Position numbers and translations under genes: made by a program. Below the pieces are notes generated by a model. The model did not search any database, was not told the origin of the DNA, and saw only the letters and a program-made list of their open reading frames with translations. Shown here piece by piece: positions 63,037 to 64,000 of a DNA stretch of 64,000 bases (position 1 is the stretch's first letter; the number at the start of each line of letters is the position of its first letter). Source of the DNA: a virus; IMG/VR virus record IMGVR_UViG_3300032285_001029, positions 32,001 to 96,000 of that record; one strand, written 5' to 3'.

Positions 63037-64000
63037 ATGCCAGCATTACGTAATAACTCGTCATTTGGTAGTGGCGTAAGCTCGACAATTAATGCAACAT
63101 CGAATATTATTAGCAGTGCGCAAACATCGTTCGCATCAGTTCGAAACTTGAGTAATGCGTTAACTGCAGACGGAAGCGATGTTGCTAGCGTTCTTAGAAG
63201 CTCAGCATTGCCAACAGCAGGCGAAGCAATTGGGGATTTAGGCAGTGCGTTTGCTAGTTTCCTGGGCGGAGACGCTGATCCTAATGATTGGAGAGTACGA
63301 TTAAGCTTACCTACATGGCCTAGTTTTAGGGGAAGTCCTGTTCTTGCACCGTTAAAGGATGCAGGCGGTCTAATTTTCCCCTATACTCCAACAATCACTA
63401 TGAAGTCTGGTGCTACGTATCAACCTCACCAACCCGTGCATACTAATTATCCTTTCCGGGCATATAAAAGTAGTAGTCCTGGTACAGTAGAAATTGTAGC
63501 CCCGATGAACGTAGAAGATCAAACACAAGCTTTATATTGGATAGCAGCAGTCCATTATCTTCGAAGTTTAAGTAAAATGTTCACAGGAGCCGATCCAAAG
63601 GCAGGAAATCCTCCTCCTATTGTCAGACTTAATGGTTACGGCCAATATGTTTTTAAAAATGTACCTGTGGTATTAACTAGTTTTAATTGCACACTTCCAA
63701 ATGATTGTGATTATATTGGAGTAAATGTTCAAGGTAGTTTAGCTGGTGCAATAGCCGATGTTGCAGACTCGTTAAGTGGGTTATTAGGAGGCATCGGTGG
63801 AGTGCCGTCGTTAAAAGATTATGCAGGATTAGCTAATTCGGCAAGTAATATATTAGGTGCGGTTAGTTCTGTTGCTAGTGTAGCAGGAAGTTTAGGTATT
63901 ACAGGATCGACCCCAGCAGGGTTTGCTTATGTTCCCACAAAAAGTCAGTTTACAATTTCACTAGAAGCAACATATAGTAGACAATCTGCTAGAAGCTTTA
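63037..64000 (+). CDS. Baseplate / tube-initiator-like protein (gp48/gp54-like), runs off the window end
   Basis: Not in ORF track. MPALRNN...DWRVRLS...GLIFPYTPTI...HTNYPF...HYLRSLSKMF...GNPPPIVRLNGYG...FKNVPVV. Confidence 0.7.
   Translation, partial: MPALRNNSSFGSGVSSTINATSNIISSAQTSFASVRNLSNALTADGSDVASVLRSSALPTAGEAIGDLGSAFASFLGGDADPNDWRVRLSLPTWPSFRGSPVLAPLKDAGGLIFPYTPTITMKSGATYQPHQPVHTNYPFRAYKSSSPGTVEIVAPMNVEDQTQALYWIAAVHYLRSLSKMFTGADPKAGNPPPIVRLNGYGQYVFKNVPVVLTSFNCTLPNDCDYIGVNVQGSLAGAIADVADSLSGLLGGIGGVPSLKDYAGLANSASNILGAVSSVASVAGSLGITGSTPAGFAYVPTKSQFTISLEATYSRQSARSF

Noticed and set aside
1-64000. CRISPR array, tRNAs, diversity-generating retroelement, inteins, stop-codon reassignment
   Set aside because: By eye I found no repeat-spacer array, cloverleaf, reverse transcriptase or intein motifs. 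Core genes are full length in the standard code.

Overview
AT-rich 64 kb segment of a large T4-like (myovirus-type, probably jumbo) bacteriophage genome, covering most of the late/virion module. It encodes head genes (portal gp20, acidic core protein, protease gp21, scaffold gp22, major capsid gp23, gp4, probable small terminase), neck and tail genes (gp13, gp14, gp15, enlarged sheath gp18, tube gp19, tube-like and hub proteins, tape-measure-like gene, gp26/gp51-like pair) and a ~35 kb block of paralogous fibre/adhesin genes of up to 2918 aa. At the right end is an operon with late sigma gp55, gp47/gp46 and a GIY-YIG nuclease. T4-type late promoters ((TA)TAAATA), two sigma70-type promoters and two cUUCGg terminators are visible. 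Most notable observations: (1) a canonical -1 frameshift signal (U UUU UUC plus a perfect 14-bp stem) that would fuse the gp26-like protein to a start-less gp51-like frame; (2) a ~370 nt multi-helix non-coding element directly after a catalytic-domain-only GIY-YIG gene, next to GNA-triloop DNA hairpins; (3) recursive 'Russian-doll' nesting of an ~80-aa module up to six levels deep in a fibre protein; (4) two structured late 5' leaders, leaderless late genes and a repeated hydrophobic-tail/small-adaptor gene pairing. All product calls come from motif recognition and synteny by eye. No database search or folding program was run.
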